From an uncultured Planctomycetales bacterium (GTDB taxonomy: Bacteria > Planctomycetota > Phycisphaerae > UBA1845 > G020352895): a stretch of DNA of 34,637 bases. Positions 26,102 to 34,637 of the stretch are shown piece by piece (position 1 is the first letter of the stretch; each line of letters opens with the position of its first letter). Under the pieces are notes generated by a model. The model had not been told where the DNA came from. It worked only from the letters and a program-made list of their open reading frames with translations, and did not search any database. The stretch spans positions 1-34,637 of the forward strand of contig CAZNDQ010000002.1 of NCBI GenBank assembly GCA_964571825.1, written 5' to 3'. The position numbers were made by a program, and so were the translations under genes.

Positions 26102-28834
26102 TCACGTCACCTGCATGGCGTCGATGACGTTATTTCGCGCGGCGTAGCGGGCGGGGATGATTCCGGCAATCAGGCACATCAGCAGGGTCAGGCCGGCGCC
26201 GTAGCCGACCCAGTCCCAGGGGACAGCCCAGGAAATCTGCATGCCGGTGACGCGCATCGTCGTAAAGTTGGACTGCGCGCCGAGATGAAAGCCCAGACCC
26301 AGGCCCAGCGCGCAGCCGAGCACGGCGAGGATGACCGCCTCGCCGATGACGAGTCGGACGAGCTGCCAGCGCGTGGCGCCGACGGCGCGGAGAATGGCGA
26401 TCTGCCGCGCGCGGGCGTGCACGTTGGCCATCATCAGGTTGGCCACGCCGAGCGCGGCGATGACCAGCGCCAGCGTCGGGATCGCCGTGAGGATGCGCGT
26501 CAGGCGGCGCAGCTCGCGGTCGATAATCGTCTTGAGCATGCTGACGCTGCCGTAGTTGGAGCTGGGGTCGTCGACGTGGCGCAGCACGGCGGCGAAGACG
26601 TCCCCCTCGCGGTGCCGCCGCCAGGCGCTTTCGAGCGTCTCGGCGTCGCCGTCGGCGAGCGGGCCGGCGGCGGGAATGCCGAGCTGCTCGGCGCGGGCCA
26701 GGCGAAACCCCTCCGGCACCTCCTGCGGCGGCAGATCGAAGTCAAAGATGAGGAGCTTGAACTCCTCGCGGCCGAAGTGCTCGCGCGCCTGGTCCATCGT
26801 GCCGATAATCGAACCGACGGCCATGAACTGGAACTCGCCGCCGGCCTGGAAGAAGCTGACCGCGATGTCGATGGCGGGGCTGGCGACGACGGCGGCGACG
26901 GTGAACGTCGCCTTGCGGTCGCGGTACTCGACGGTGATCTCGTCGCCGACGTGGCGATCGAAGGTCTGCGCGTATTCGCGCGTGAGCAACACGTGCGTCC
27001 CGGCGGCAAGCTGCCTCAGCGCGGTCGCCTCGTCGCCCTCGAGATATTCGAGGCGGACGATGCGCGGAAACTCTTCGAGTTCGGCGCAGACGAAGCGCTG
27101 ATTCGCCTGCAGCAGGCGATACAGTCCGCTCCGCGCCTGGTCGATGCGGCAGGAGAACTCGTTGATCGCCAGGACGCGGCGGACGCCGGGCGTGCGCCGA
27201 ATGGCGTCGAGTCGTTCGAGCGGCGAGCTGCGGAACGAGTAAATAAACGCCTCGGGAATCTCGCGCGGGAACTGCCAGCCCTGCACGACGCTCTCGCCGT
27301 GCACCAGCAGGCCGACGATCAGCGAGAGCCCGACCATCAGCCCCGAGCAGATCATCCCGCCGCGCCACGGTGCACGGCTGACCTGATCGCGGAGAAGCTG
27401 CCAGCGCAGGCCGAGCAGCCGGGCAATGCCCCAGACGCCCGGACCGCCGACGAGCCGCACGAGCAGCGGCGCCAGCAGCGCATACCCCATGTAGAGAACG
27501 AGTTCGCTGCCGACGGCATACTGGACGTAGCGCTCGTTGTCGGGGGAGAGGCTGCGGATGGCAATCGTCTCGGCGACGATGATGACGACGCCGACGCCCG
27601 CCGCGAGCCAGTCGAACCAGCCGCGATGCAGCGCCGACTCCGGTCGCGAGGCGGCCAGCGGCGAGATGCCGATGGCGCGGAACATCGGGACCATCGCGCC
27701 GAGCAGCGCCGTGGCGATGCCGCCAAAAACAGCCAAAAGAATGCCGAGGCGGCTTACGGTGATCTGCTGCACATAGTCGGGCACGGCGCGGATGGTCATC
27801 GCCAGCAGCGCAAAGCCGAGCGGCACACCGAGGATGACGCCGGCGACGCCTAGCGGCAGCACCTCGGCCGGCACCATCGCCGCGAGCTGGGCCCGCGTCG
27901 TGCCGAGGCAGCGCATCATGCCCATCTGCCCGATCCGCTCGACCATGCCCATGCTCAGCGTGCTGAGGATGATGAAGAACGACGTGAGAAAGGCGACACC
28001 GGAAATGAGCGAGAGGACGAGCCGCATCTGGCCCTGCGCGCGGTTGAGCTGCCGCAGCTTGGCCTCGGCCGTGGAGACCGAGACCGCCGCGTCGACGCGC
28101 CGCGCCGCCTGCAGGATACGCAGCCGCTCCTGCTCCAGCCGGTCGACCGAGCCGTCGCGCAGGCGCAGGTCGACGACGGTGGTCCGTTCGCCGAACCGCA
28201 GTAGGTCGCGCATGTCGGCAATGTGGATGTAGACGTTGGGCCGCTGGAACTGGCTGATGCGGCGGCGGCGGATCGAGCCGACGATCTCGAACGGGCGGAC
28301 GATCGAGCTGTCGTCGCCGGCCGAGAGATAGAGAACGTCGCCAAGCTGGAGCGACTTGTCGCGCAGCACGGAGTCCTCGACGACGACCACGCCGCGATCA
28401 TCGGGGGCGATGAGCCGGCCGCTGATAAGGTTCCGCGCCATGTCGCGGAAGACGTACTCGGTCTCGGGTTCGATGCCGGTGCTGTCGAGTTCGTAGCGAT
28501 CGACCGGCGGAACGTGGGCCGACTGCTCGTCGATGGCCCCGTGCAGGCGCCACCAGAAGCGCGAGGTACTCGCCGCCACGGCCGGGTCGTCGCGGACGGC
28601 GTCGGCCACGTCGGCGGAAAAGTGCCCCCACTTGCCGAGGGGCGATTCGATGTTGAGGTGCGAGCGCCCGACCCACTCCAGCACCCAGTCCTGCACCGTC
28701 CGCCGCACGGACTCGTAGCAACACGTGATCCAGACGACGGTGCCGACGCCGAGGGCGATGGCCATCACCGTCGCCGCCGTGCGCCCGGGCCTAGCCGACC
28801 AGTTTCTGGTAGCGAGTTGCAACCAGTGCCGCAT
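26102..28834 (-). CDS. ABC transporter permease with two FtsX domains (MacB/YbbP-like)
   Basis: ATG at 28834 (MRHWLQLATRNWSARPGRTAATVMAIALGV is a MacB-type N-terminal TM). There are two FtsX cores (LSLISGVAFL...MMRCLGTTRAQLAAMV and LALVIAALGVANL...LRAVGATRWQLVRLV). TGA at 26102-26104. Confidence 0.85.
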   Translation of the reverse strand: MRHWLQLATRNWSARPGRTAATVMAIALGVGTVVWITCCYESVRRTVQDWVLEWVGRSHLNIESPLGKWGHFSADVADAVRDDPAVAASTSRFWWRLHGAIDEQSAHVPPVDRYELDSTGIEPETEYVFRDMARNLISGRLIAPDDRGVVVVEDSVLRDKSLQLGDVLYLSAGDDSSIVRPFEIVGSIRRRRISQFQRPNVYIHIADMRDLLRFGERTTVVDLRLRDGSVDRLEQERLRILQAARRVDAAVSVSTAEAKLRQLNRAQGQMRLVLSLISGVAFLTSFFIILSTLSMGMVERIGQMGMMRCLGTTRAQLAAMVPAEVLPLGVAGVILGVPLGFALLAMTIRAVPDYVQQITVSRLGILLAVFGGIATALLGAMVPMFRAIGISPLAASRPESALHRGWFDWLAAGVGVVIIVAETIAIRSLSPDNERYVQYAVGSELVLYMGYALLAPLLVRLVGGPGVWGIARLLGLRWQLLRDQVSRAPWRGGMICSGLMVGLSLIVGLLVHGESVVQGWQFPREIPEAFIYSFRSSPLERLDAIRRTPGVRRVLAINEFSCRIDQARSGLYRLLQANQRFVCAELEEFPRIVRLEYLEGDEATALRQLAAGTHVLLTREYAQTFDRHVGDEITVEYRDRKATFTVAAVVASPAIDIAVSFFQAGGEFQFMAVGSIIGTMDQAREHFGREEFKLLIFDFDLPPQEVPEGFRLARAEQLGIPAAGPLADGDAETLESAWRRHREGDVFAAVLRHVDDPSSNYGSVSMLKTIIDRELRRLTRILTAIPTLALVIAALGVANLMMANVHARARQIAILRAVGATRWQLVRLVIGEAVILAVLGCALGLGLGFHLGAQSNFTTMRVTGMQISWAVPWDWVGYGAGLTLLMCLIAGIIPARYAARNNVIDAMQVT

Positions 28835-29525
28835 CGGGTTTCCCTTCGTTGCGAAACTCGCCGGCGATCCGGCCGTCGCGCAGCACGACGACGCGGTCGG
28901 TGTGCGCGCCACCGTCGGCCTCGTGCGTGACCATCAGCACCGTGCGGCCCGGCTCCCGCGCCAGCCGCGCGAGCAACTGCCAGATCTCGTGCGAGTGGAC
29001 CGAGTCGAGGTTGCCCGTCGGCTCGTCGGCGAGAATGAGCGCCGGATCGTTGAGCAGGGCGCGGGCGATGGCGACGCGCTGCTGCTCGCCGCCGGAGAGC
29101 GCGGCCGGGCGGTGCGACGCGCGCCCGGTCAGGTGCAGCATGCTCAGCAGCTCGCGCGTCCGTGCATCGTCGTGGTTGCGGCCGGCGAGCAGCGCCGGCA
29201 GCGCGATGTTTTCGGCGGCCGAGAGCGTCGGCAGCAGGTTGTAGGCCTGAAAGACGATGCCCAGCCGGTCGCGGCGAAAGAGCGTCCGACCCCGGTCGTC
29301 CATTCGCGTGATGTCGTGACCTTCGATCAGGATCGAGCCGGCGTCGGGAGCGTCGAGCCCGCCGATCAGGTGCAGCAGCGTGCTCTTGCCGGAACCGGAG
29401 GCGCCCATGATGGCGACGAACTCGCCGGCGGCGACGGTCAGGTCGATGCCGCGCAGGGCGTCGACACGATCGTCGCCGTCGCCGTAGTGCTTGGAAATGC
29501 CGGATACCTGGAGGATTTCAGCCAT
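28791..29525 (-). CDS. ABC transporter ATP-binding protein (MacB/LolD-like)
   Basis: Walker A GASGSGKST, Q-loop, signature LSGGEQQRVAIARAL, Walker B LILADEPTGNLD, H-loop VTHE. ATG at 29525. Confidence 0.92.
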   Translation of the reverse strand: MAEILQVSGISKHYGDGDDRVDALRGIDLTVAAGEFVAIMGASGSGKSTLLHLIGGLDAPDAGSILIEGHDITRMDDRGRTLFRRDRLGIVFQAYNLLPTLSAAENIALPALLAGRNHDDARTRELLSMLHLTGRASHRPAALSGGEQQRVAIARALLNDPALILADEPTGNLDSVHSHEIWQLLARLAREPGRTVLMVTHEADGGAHTDRVVVLRDGRIAGEFRNEGKPDAALVATRYQKLVG

Positions 29526-29637
29526 TTGCCATGCTGCTCCGCCCCTTCATTAGCGACCGCCGCCGCTGGATGTTATCCTCTGGCTGTGCATTAGGACAGA
29601 ACCCGACCGTCCGGCTGACGGGCACAGGGGCACGTCC

Positions 29638-30516
29638 GTGAAGCTCGCCGTCACTGCTGATCTTCATTTCAACGTGCCGCGAAGCACGGAGCCCGCGGCG
29701 GCCGTCATCGCGCAGATCAGGCGGGTGCGGCCGGACGTCGTGCTGCTGGTGGGCGATACGGCGGCCGACGACCTGGCCGTCCTGAGCGAGTGCCTGCACC
29801 TGTTCGACGGCTGCGCCGCGCACAAGCTGTTCGTCGCCGGAAACCACGAGCTGTGGACGGCGGACGAGGACACGCTGCGGCGCTACGAGCGCGACCTGCC
29901 GCGCGCGGCGGCCGAGGCGGGCTTTCACTATCTCGACGGCGGGCCGACCGTCATCGACGGCGTCGGGTTCGTCGGATCGGTCGGCTGGTACGACTATTCC
30001 TTCCGGACGCCGGGGCTGGACCTCCCGACGCGGTTCTATGAGGCGAAGGTGGCGCCCGGCGCGGCGCGCGTGCTGCCCGAGCACCAGCACCTGATCGGGT
30101 CGGCGGAGGACATCCCCGAGGAGCTGATGTCGCTCGGCACGCGCTGGATGGACGGCGTGCGCGTGCACCTGCCCTACAGCGACGAGGAGTTCACCGAGCG
30201 CCTGGCACAGAAACTTGAAACGCATCTGTGCGAGATCGAGGGACGGGCGGAGACGATCGTCGCAGGCATTCACCATCTGCCGTTCCGCGAGCTGGTCGAG
30301 TATCGCAATGAGCCGCGCTGGGACTTCGCCGCCGCGTTCATGGGGAGCGAGCGCTTGGGCGAGGTGCTGCGACGCCACAAGAAAGTGCACTTCCTGTTCT
30401 GCGGACACTCGCATCTGGCGGCGCGGACGCAAGTGGGGCACGTACGGTGCGTCAACATCGGCTCCACGTACGAAGTGAAACGCTTCGAGGTGGTTGAACT
30501 TCCGGCGCCCGGCTGA
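29638..30516 (+). CDS. Calcineurin-like metallophosphoesterase
   Basis: GTG at 29638. Motifs are ADLH, GDTAADD, GNHE, a later His (IHHLP) and GHSH. 292 aa. Confidence 0.8.
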   Translation: MKLAVTADLHFNVPRSTEPAAAVIAQIRRVRPDVVLLVGDTAADDLAVLSECLHLFDGCAAHKLFVAGNHELWTADEDTLRRYERDLPRAAAEAGFHYLDGGPTVIDGVGFVGSVGWYDYSFRTPGLDLPTRFYEAKVAPGAARVLPEHQHLIGSAEDIPEELMSLGTRWMDGVRVHLPYSDEEFTERLAQKLETHLCEIEGRAETIVAGIHHLPFRELVEYRNEPRWDFAAAFMGSERLGEVLRRHKKVHFLFCGHSHLAARTQVGHVRCVNIGSTYEVKRFEVVELPAPG

Positions 30517-30549
30517 CGCGCGGCAGGCGGGCGGGCATAATGGGGGGCA

Positions 30550-32493
30550 ATGCCAGCCGCGGAGCGTGCGACTGAACCCACCGATACGGCCGCGCCCTGT
30601 CACATTCTGGGCACGGCCGGGCACATCGACCACGGCAAATCGACGCTGGTCCGCGCGCTGACGGGGGTCGACCCGGACCGGCTGCCCGAGGAAAAGCGGC
30701 GCGGGATGACGATCGAGCTGGGCTTCGCCCCGCTGCGCATCGGTAAGCATCTGTTCGGCATCGTCGACGTGCCCGGACACGAGCGCTTCGTGCGGACGAT
30801 GGTCGCGGGGGCGACGGGCATCGACCTCGCCATGCTGCTGGTGGCGGCCGACGACGGCGTGATGCCGCAGACACGCGAGCATGCGCAAATTCTCGACCTG
30901 CTGGGCGTGACGAGCGGGGTGGTGGTGATCAGCAAGACGGACGCCGCGGCGCCGGAGCGGATCGCGGAGGTGCAAGGTCAGATCGACGCGCTGCTGGCCG
31001 GGACGGCGCTGGAGCGTTGGCCGCGCTGCGCGGTGTCGGCGGCGCGGGGCGAGGGACTGGACGCGCTGCGGGCGGAGCTGGTGCGCCGCGCCGAATCGCT
31101 CGCGCGGCGGCGGACGTCGTCGGTGTTTCGCCTGGCGATCGACCGCGTGTTCACTGTACACGGACGGGGGACGGTGGTGACGGGCTCGGTGCTGTCGGGG
31201 CGTGTGGCGGAGGGCGACACGCTGGAGCTGCTGCCGCGCGGGCAGACGGTACGGGTGCGCGAGGTGCAGTCACACCACGAGGGGGTGGGCGCGGCGGCGC
31301 TGGGGCAGCGCGCGGCGATCAATCTGGCCGGCGTGAAGAAAGAGGAAATCGAGCGCGGCTGGGAGCTGGCGACGCCGGGATACCTTGCGCCGACGCGGTA
31401 TTTCGACGCGAGCCTGCGCGTGCTGCCGGATCTGGCGCGGCCGGTGGAGACGCACACGCTCGCGCGGCTGAGCATCGGGACGAGCGAGGTGATGGCGGTC
31501 GTCGTGCTGCTGGAGGACGTGCGAGCCGCGCCCGGGCGCGAGGTGCCGGTGCAGTTGCGCCCGGAGGAGCCCGTCGTCTGCGAGTATGGGCAGCGGTTTA
31601 TCTTGCGGCAGGAGACGGCGGCGTACACGATCGGCGGCGGAGTCGTGCTCCGGCCGGTGGCGCGGCGCGGGACGGAGCGGACAGGGGAGGCATGGGAGCG
31701 CTTGGCGCGGCTGCGCGACGGAGAGCCGCAGGAACGGGTCAGCGAGGTGCTGCGCAGCGCGGCGTTCGAGCCGGTGACGGATTTCGCGGTGGCATGTCGC
31801 GCCGGAGTGGAGCCGCTGGAAGTACCCCGACTCCGTGAAGCGCTGCGCGAGAGCGGCGTGCTGGTGGAGGTCGGGACGGGAGGTCCGGTGCTACACGGTG
31901 AGGCCCTGCGCGAGATGGAGACGCGCGCGACCGATTACCTGCGGCAGTGGCACGATCGGCACGCGAGCGAGCCGGGCTTTCCGCAGGATCGGTTCATGAA
32001 CTGGCTGGCGCGGCGGACCGCGCCAGAGATGGCGCGGGCGCTGCGCGACCATCTGCTCGGCCGCGGACGGATCGTGCAGCGCGGGGCGTTCGTCTGTCAT
32101 CCGGCGTTTGCGCCGGCGCTGTCGGGAGAGGATCAGAAAACGCTGGAGGCGCTGCTGGCGCGATTCGAGTCGGCGGCGATGTGTCCGCCGACGCTGGGCG
32201 AATTGAAGAAGGAGATGGGGCGGGCGTTCGCGCGGGCGGAGCGGATGATCGAGCAGGCGGAGGCGAACGGGCAGTTGGTGCGAATCGACGCCGACCTGCT
32301 GCTGCACGCACGCTGCTATGAGGAAATGAAGCAGACCGTACGGAAGTTGATCGAGCGCGACGGGCCGGTGACGCTCAGCGCGATGCGCGAGGCGCTGGGC
32401 TCGACGCGGAAGTTCGTCGTGCCGATCGCCGAGCATCTTGACAAGATCCGCTTCACGCGACGGCGCGGAGATCTGCGGACGCTGGCGACGTAG
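30550..32493 (+). CDS. selB: Selenocysteine-specific translation elongation factor SelB
   Basis: GTPase motifs are [18 protein letters not shown] and SKTD. Beta-barrel domains II/III are followed by a long C-terminal winged-helix extension. 647 aa, and it sits immediately next to selA. Confidence 0.92.
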   Translation: MPAAERATEPTDTAAPCHILGTAGHIDHGKSTLVRALTGVDPDRLPEEKRRGMTIELGFAPLRIGKHLFGIVDVPGHERFVRTMVAGATGIDLAMLLVAADDGVMPQTREHAQILDLLGVTSGVVVISKTDAAAPERIAEVQGQIDALLAGTALERWPRCAVSAARGEGLDALRAELVRRAESLARRRTSSVFRLAIDRVFTVHGRGTVVTGSVLSGRVAEGDTLELLPRGQTVRVREVQSHHEGVGAAALGQRAAINLAGVKKEEIERGWELATPGYLAPTRYFDASLRVLPDLARPVETHTLARLSIGTSEVMAVVVLLEDVRAAPGREVPVQLRPEEPVVCEYGQRFILRQETAAYTIGGGVVLRPVARRGTERTGEAWERLARLRDGEPQERVSEVLRSAAFEPVTDFAVACRAGVEPLEVPRLREALRESGVLVEVGTGGPVLHGEALREMETRATDYLRQWHDRHASEPGFPQDRFMNWLARRTAPEMARALRDHLLGRGRIVQRGAFVCHPAFAPALSGEDQKTLEALLARFESAAMCPPTLGELKKEMGRAFARAERMIEQAEANGQLVRIDADLLLHARCYEEMKQTVRKLIERDGPVTLSAMREALGSTRKFVVPIAEHLDKIRFTRRRGDLRTLAT

Positions 32494-32510
32494 ACGAGAG
32501 CGGGAAAAGG

Positions 32511-33932
32511 ATGCGAGCAATGAACGAGGCGCGCGGGGAGATGTTGCAGCGGCTGCCGTCGATGACGGAGTTGCTGGCGCGCGCGCAGGGAGAGGAGTGG
32601 TCGCGGCGCATTTCGCGCGAGCGGCTGAGCGTCGCGCTGCGCACGGCTGTGGAGCGGGCGCGGCAACGCGTGCTGGACGGCAGCGCGACGGCGGCGCCGA
32701 CGGCGGAGGAGATCGTCGCCGACGCGCAGGCGGCGCTGGCGCGGTCGATGGCGGCAAACATCCGGCCGGTGATCAACGCCACGGGGATCGTGCTGCACAC
32801 GGGGCTGGGACGGGCGCCGCTCGCGCCCGAGGCCGTTGATGCCCTGCTGCAAATCGCCGGCGGCTACTGCAACGTCGAGCTGGAGTTGGCAAGCGGGGAG
32901 CGCGGGCGGCGGACGGCGATCGTGGCGGAGCTGCTGCGGGAGCTGACCGGGGCGGAAGCGGCCACAGCCGTGAACAACAACGCCGCGGCGACGATGCTCG
33001 TACTGAACACGCTGAGCGAGGGGCGCGAGGCGGTTGTCTCGCGCGGGCAGTTGATCGAGATCGGCGGGTCGTTCCGCCTGCCCGACGTGATGAACAAGAG
33101 CGGCGCGGTGCTGCGCGAGGTGGGGACGACGAACCGCACGCGCGCGAGCGACTACGCCGAGGCGATCGGCGAGCGGACAGGCGTGCTGGTGCTCGTGCAC
33201 ACGAGCAACTACCGCGTCGTCGGGTTCGTCGAAGAGGCGCCGCTGGCCGAGGTGGTCGCGCTGGGGCGGGCGCGCGGCGTGCCGGTGTTTCACGATCTGG
33301 GAAGCGGCGCGTTGCTTGACCTGGGCGAATTCGGCATGGGCGGCGAGCCGGTGGTACGCGATTCGCTGGAGGCGGGGGCGGACGTCGTTGCGTTCAGCGG
33401 CGACAAGCTGCTCGGCGGGCCGCAGTGCGGCATCGTCGCCGGCCGCGCGGAGATCATCGCGCGGGTCGAGCGGAACCCGCTGATGCGCGCGTTCCGCCTG
33501 GACAAGCTGACACTGGCGGCGCTCGAGGCGACGCTGCGGCTGCACCGCGACGGGCCCCGTGCAACGGAGCAGGTGCCGGCGCTGCGGATGCTTACCGAAC
33601 CGGCCGAGTCCGTTCGCGCGCGGGCGGAGCGGCTCGCGGAGGCTCTGCGGCAGGTTCGGCCGGGCGACATCGTCGAGTTGGCGCCCGAAGAGACGTACGC
33701 CGGCGGCGGGTCGCTGCCGACGGTCAGGATTGCCACCTGGACGGTGTGCTGGCGGCCCGTCGGCGGCTCGGCGGAGGCAACGGCCGCGGCCCTGCGCCGC
33801 GCGGAACCGCCCGTGATCGCGCGGCGGCACGACGACGCCGTGATCTTCGACTGCCGCACGATCGGCGAAGAGGAGTGGCCGGTCGTTGTCGAGGCCGTGC
33901 GGCGGATCGGGCAAGAGGGGCAAGGGAGCTGA
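32511..33932 (+). CDS. selA: L-seryl-tRNA(Sec) selenium transferase SelA
   Basis: N-terminal LQRLPSMTELL. INATGIVLHTGLGRAPL, NNAAATMLVL, and the PLP-lysine motif FSGDKLLGGPQCGIVAGR. 473 aa. TGA at 33930-33932. Confidence 0.93.
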   Translation: MRAMNEARGEMLQRLPSMTELLARAQGEEWSRRISRERLSVALRTAVERARQRVLDGSATAAPTAEEIVADAQAALARSMAANIRPVINATGIVLHTGLGRAPLAPEAVDALLQIAGGYCNVELELASGERGRRTAIVAELLRELTGAEAATAVNNNAAATMLVLNTLSEGREAVVSRGQLIEIGGSFRLPDVMNKSGAVLREVGTTNRTRASDYAEAIGERTGVLVLVHTSNYRVVGFVEEAPLAEVVALGRARGVPVFHDLGSGALLDLGEFGMGGEPVVRDSLEAGADVVAFSGDKLLGGPQCGIVAGRAEIIARVERNPLMRAFRLDKLTLAALEATLRLHRDGPRATEQVPALRMLTEPAESVRARAERLAEALRQVRPGDIVELAPEETYAGGGSLPTVRIATWTVCWRPVGGSAEATAAALRRAEPPVIARRHDDAVIFDCRTIGEEEWPVVVEAVRRIGQEGQGS

Positions 33933-33934
33933 AC

Positions 33935-34637
33935 GTGGCCGAGGCGGGGGCGGAGATTCCGTGGGACGAGTACAGCCGGGCGTTCGCCGCACAGCGGCTC
34001 GACGATGCGGGGCACATCGACGAGTGGCTGCACCGGTTCATTCAGTGCGGGCGGATCGAACGCGGCATGACCGTCGCCGACGTCGGCTGCGGCGTGGGGC
34101 GCTATGCGCTGCCGCTGGCCGAGCGGGCGGGTGTGAACGTCGTCGCGGTCGATGCGTCCGCCGAAATGCTCGCGGCGCTGGCCGCGCGGCGAACGACGCA
34201 GCCGGTACGCGCGATCCGCGCCCGCGCCGAAGCGCTGCCGCTTGCGGACCAGCGTGTTGACGCCGCGCTGCTCTCCATGTCGCTGCACCAGTTCGACGAT
34301 CAGCAGCGCAGCCTGCGCGAGGTGTTTCGCGTGCTGCGCCCCGGCGGGCGGCTCGTGCTGCGCACGACAACGCAGGGGCAGATCAACCGCATGGAGACGC
34401 TGGAGTACCGCTACTTCCCGGCGGCGCGGCGCATCGACCGCCAGCGCATGCCGAGCATGGGCGTGCTGGCGGCAATGCTCGATCGCGCCGGGTTCGGACG
34501 CATTGATGTGCACCACGTGCGCGAGTCCACCGCGCGGCGCGGCGGAGAGTGGATCGCGCAGTTTGCCGCCCGGCCGTGCTCGACGCTGCATCTGATCCGT
34601 GCGCAGGAGTTCGTATGCGGACTCGATCGGATGCGCG
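33935..34637 (+). CDS. Class I SAM-dependent methyltransferase (Methyltransf_11/UbiE-like), 3' end cut by the window edge
   Basis: Not in the supplied track because there is no stop before the window end. I translated it by hand. The GTG at 33935 lies 2 nt after the selA stop, with AAGGGAG at 33922-33928. The frame is open for 234 codons. Motif I is VADVGCGVGRYALPLA, then VVAVDASAEML, and the post-I/II block is FRVLRPGGRLVL. Confidence 0.8.
   Translation, partial: MAEAGAEIPWDEYSRAFAAQRLDDAGHIDEWLHRFIQCGRIERGMTVADVGCGVGRYALPLAERAGVNVVAVDASAEMLAALAARRTTQPVRAIRARAEALPLADQRVDAALLSMSLHQFDDQQRSLREVFRVLRPGGRLVLRTTTQGQINRMETLEYRYFPAARRIDRQRMPSMGVLAAMLDRAGFGRIDVHHVRESTARRGGEWIAQFAARPCSTLHLIRAQEFVCGLDRMR

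Noticed and set aside
33290-34591. 433-aa ORF on the minus strand
   Set aside because: It is antisense to the selA 3' end and the SAM methyltransferase. It has Arg/Ala/Pro-rich shadow-ORF composition.
29526-34637. Search for selC (tRNA-Sec), SECIS hairpins or in-frame TGA selenoprotein genes near selBA
   Set aside because: The intergenic gaps are 2-112 nt, and none contains a T-loop (GGTTCGA) or a UCA anticodon stem context. All ORFs are continuous, with no same-frame ORF pairs split by TGA.

Overview
High-GC (about 70% by hand count) bacterial chromosomal segment, densely packed with about 22 genes. The gene content suggests a Planctomycetota-like organism, but that is an inference I cannot verify. 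Supporting content: CRTAC1/ASPIC-UnbV FG-GAP proteins, a giant O-antigen-ligase/all-alpha fusion, an HTH-EIIA fusion, and few Shine-Dalgarno sites. Confident housekeeping calls are aspS, ffh, selB, selA, a PduO-type cobalamin adenosyltransferase, an ABC ATPase with its double-FtsX permease, an MMPL/RND exporter, a THUMP RNA methyltransferase, an MBL hydrolase, a DinB protein and a metallophosphoesterase. The main anomaly sits at the window centre (16.8-19.7 kb). G+C there drops to about 40-53%, and the drop begins and ends exactly at the stop codons of two high-GC genes. This islet carries two convergent orphan genes. One is a cytoplasmic protein with an N-terminal HNH (His-Me finger) motif and a Cys/Trp-rich tail. 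The other is an N-terminally membrane-anchored protein. A complete host-GC IS5-like element (1349 bp, 16-bp perfect terminal inverted repeats, 4-bp ATAG target duplication) has inserted into the 3' end of the membrane-protein gene. Its ancestral C-terminus can be reconstructed in frame from the other side of the IS. Other items worth a second look:
- A lipoprotein with a FlgI-like fold split by HEAT repeats, with no flagellar neighbours.
- Two translationally coupled CRTAC1-like paralogues with mirrored TPR placement.
- A strongly G-over-C skewed, GGA-rich 198-bp intergenic region.
- A selB-selA pair flanked tightly by a phosphoesterase and a SAM methyltransferase. The methyltransferase ORF is absent from the supplied ORF track because it runs off the window.

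No rRNA, tRNA or CRISPR array was found. Many long antisense ORFs are high-GC artefacts.
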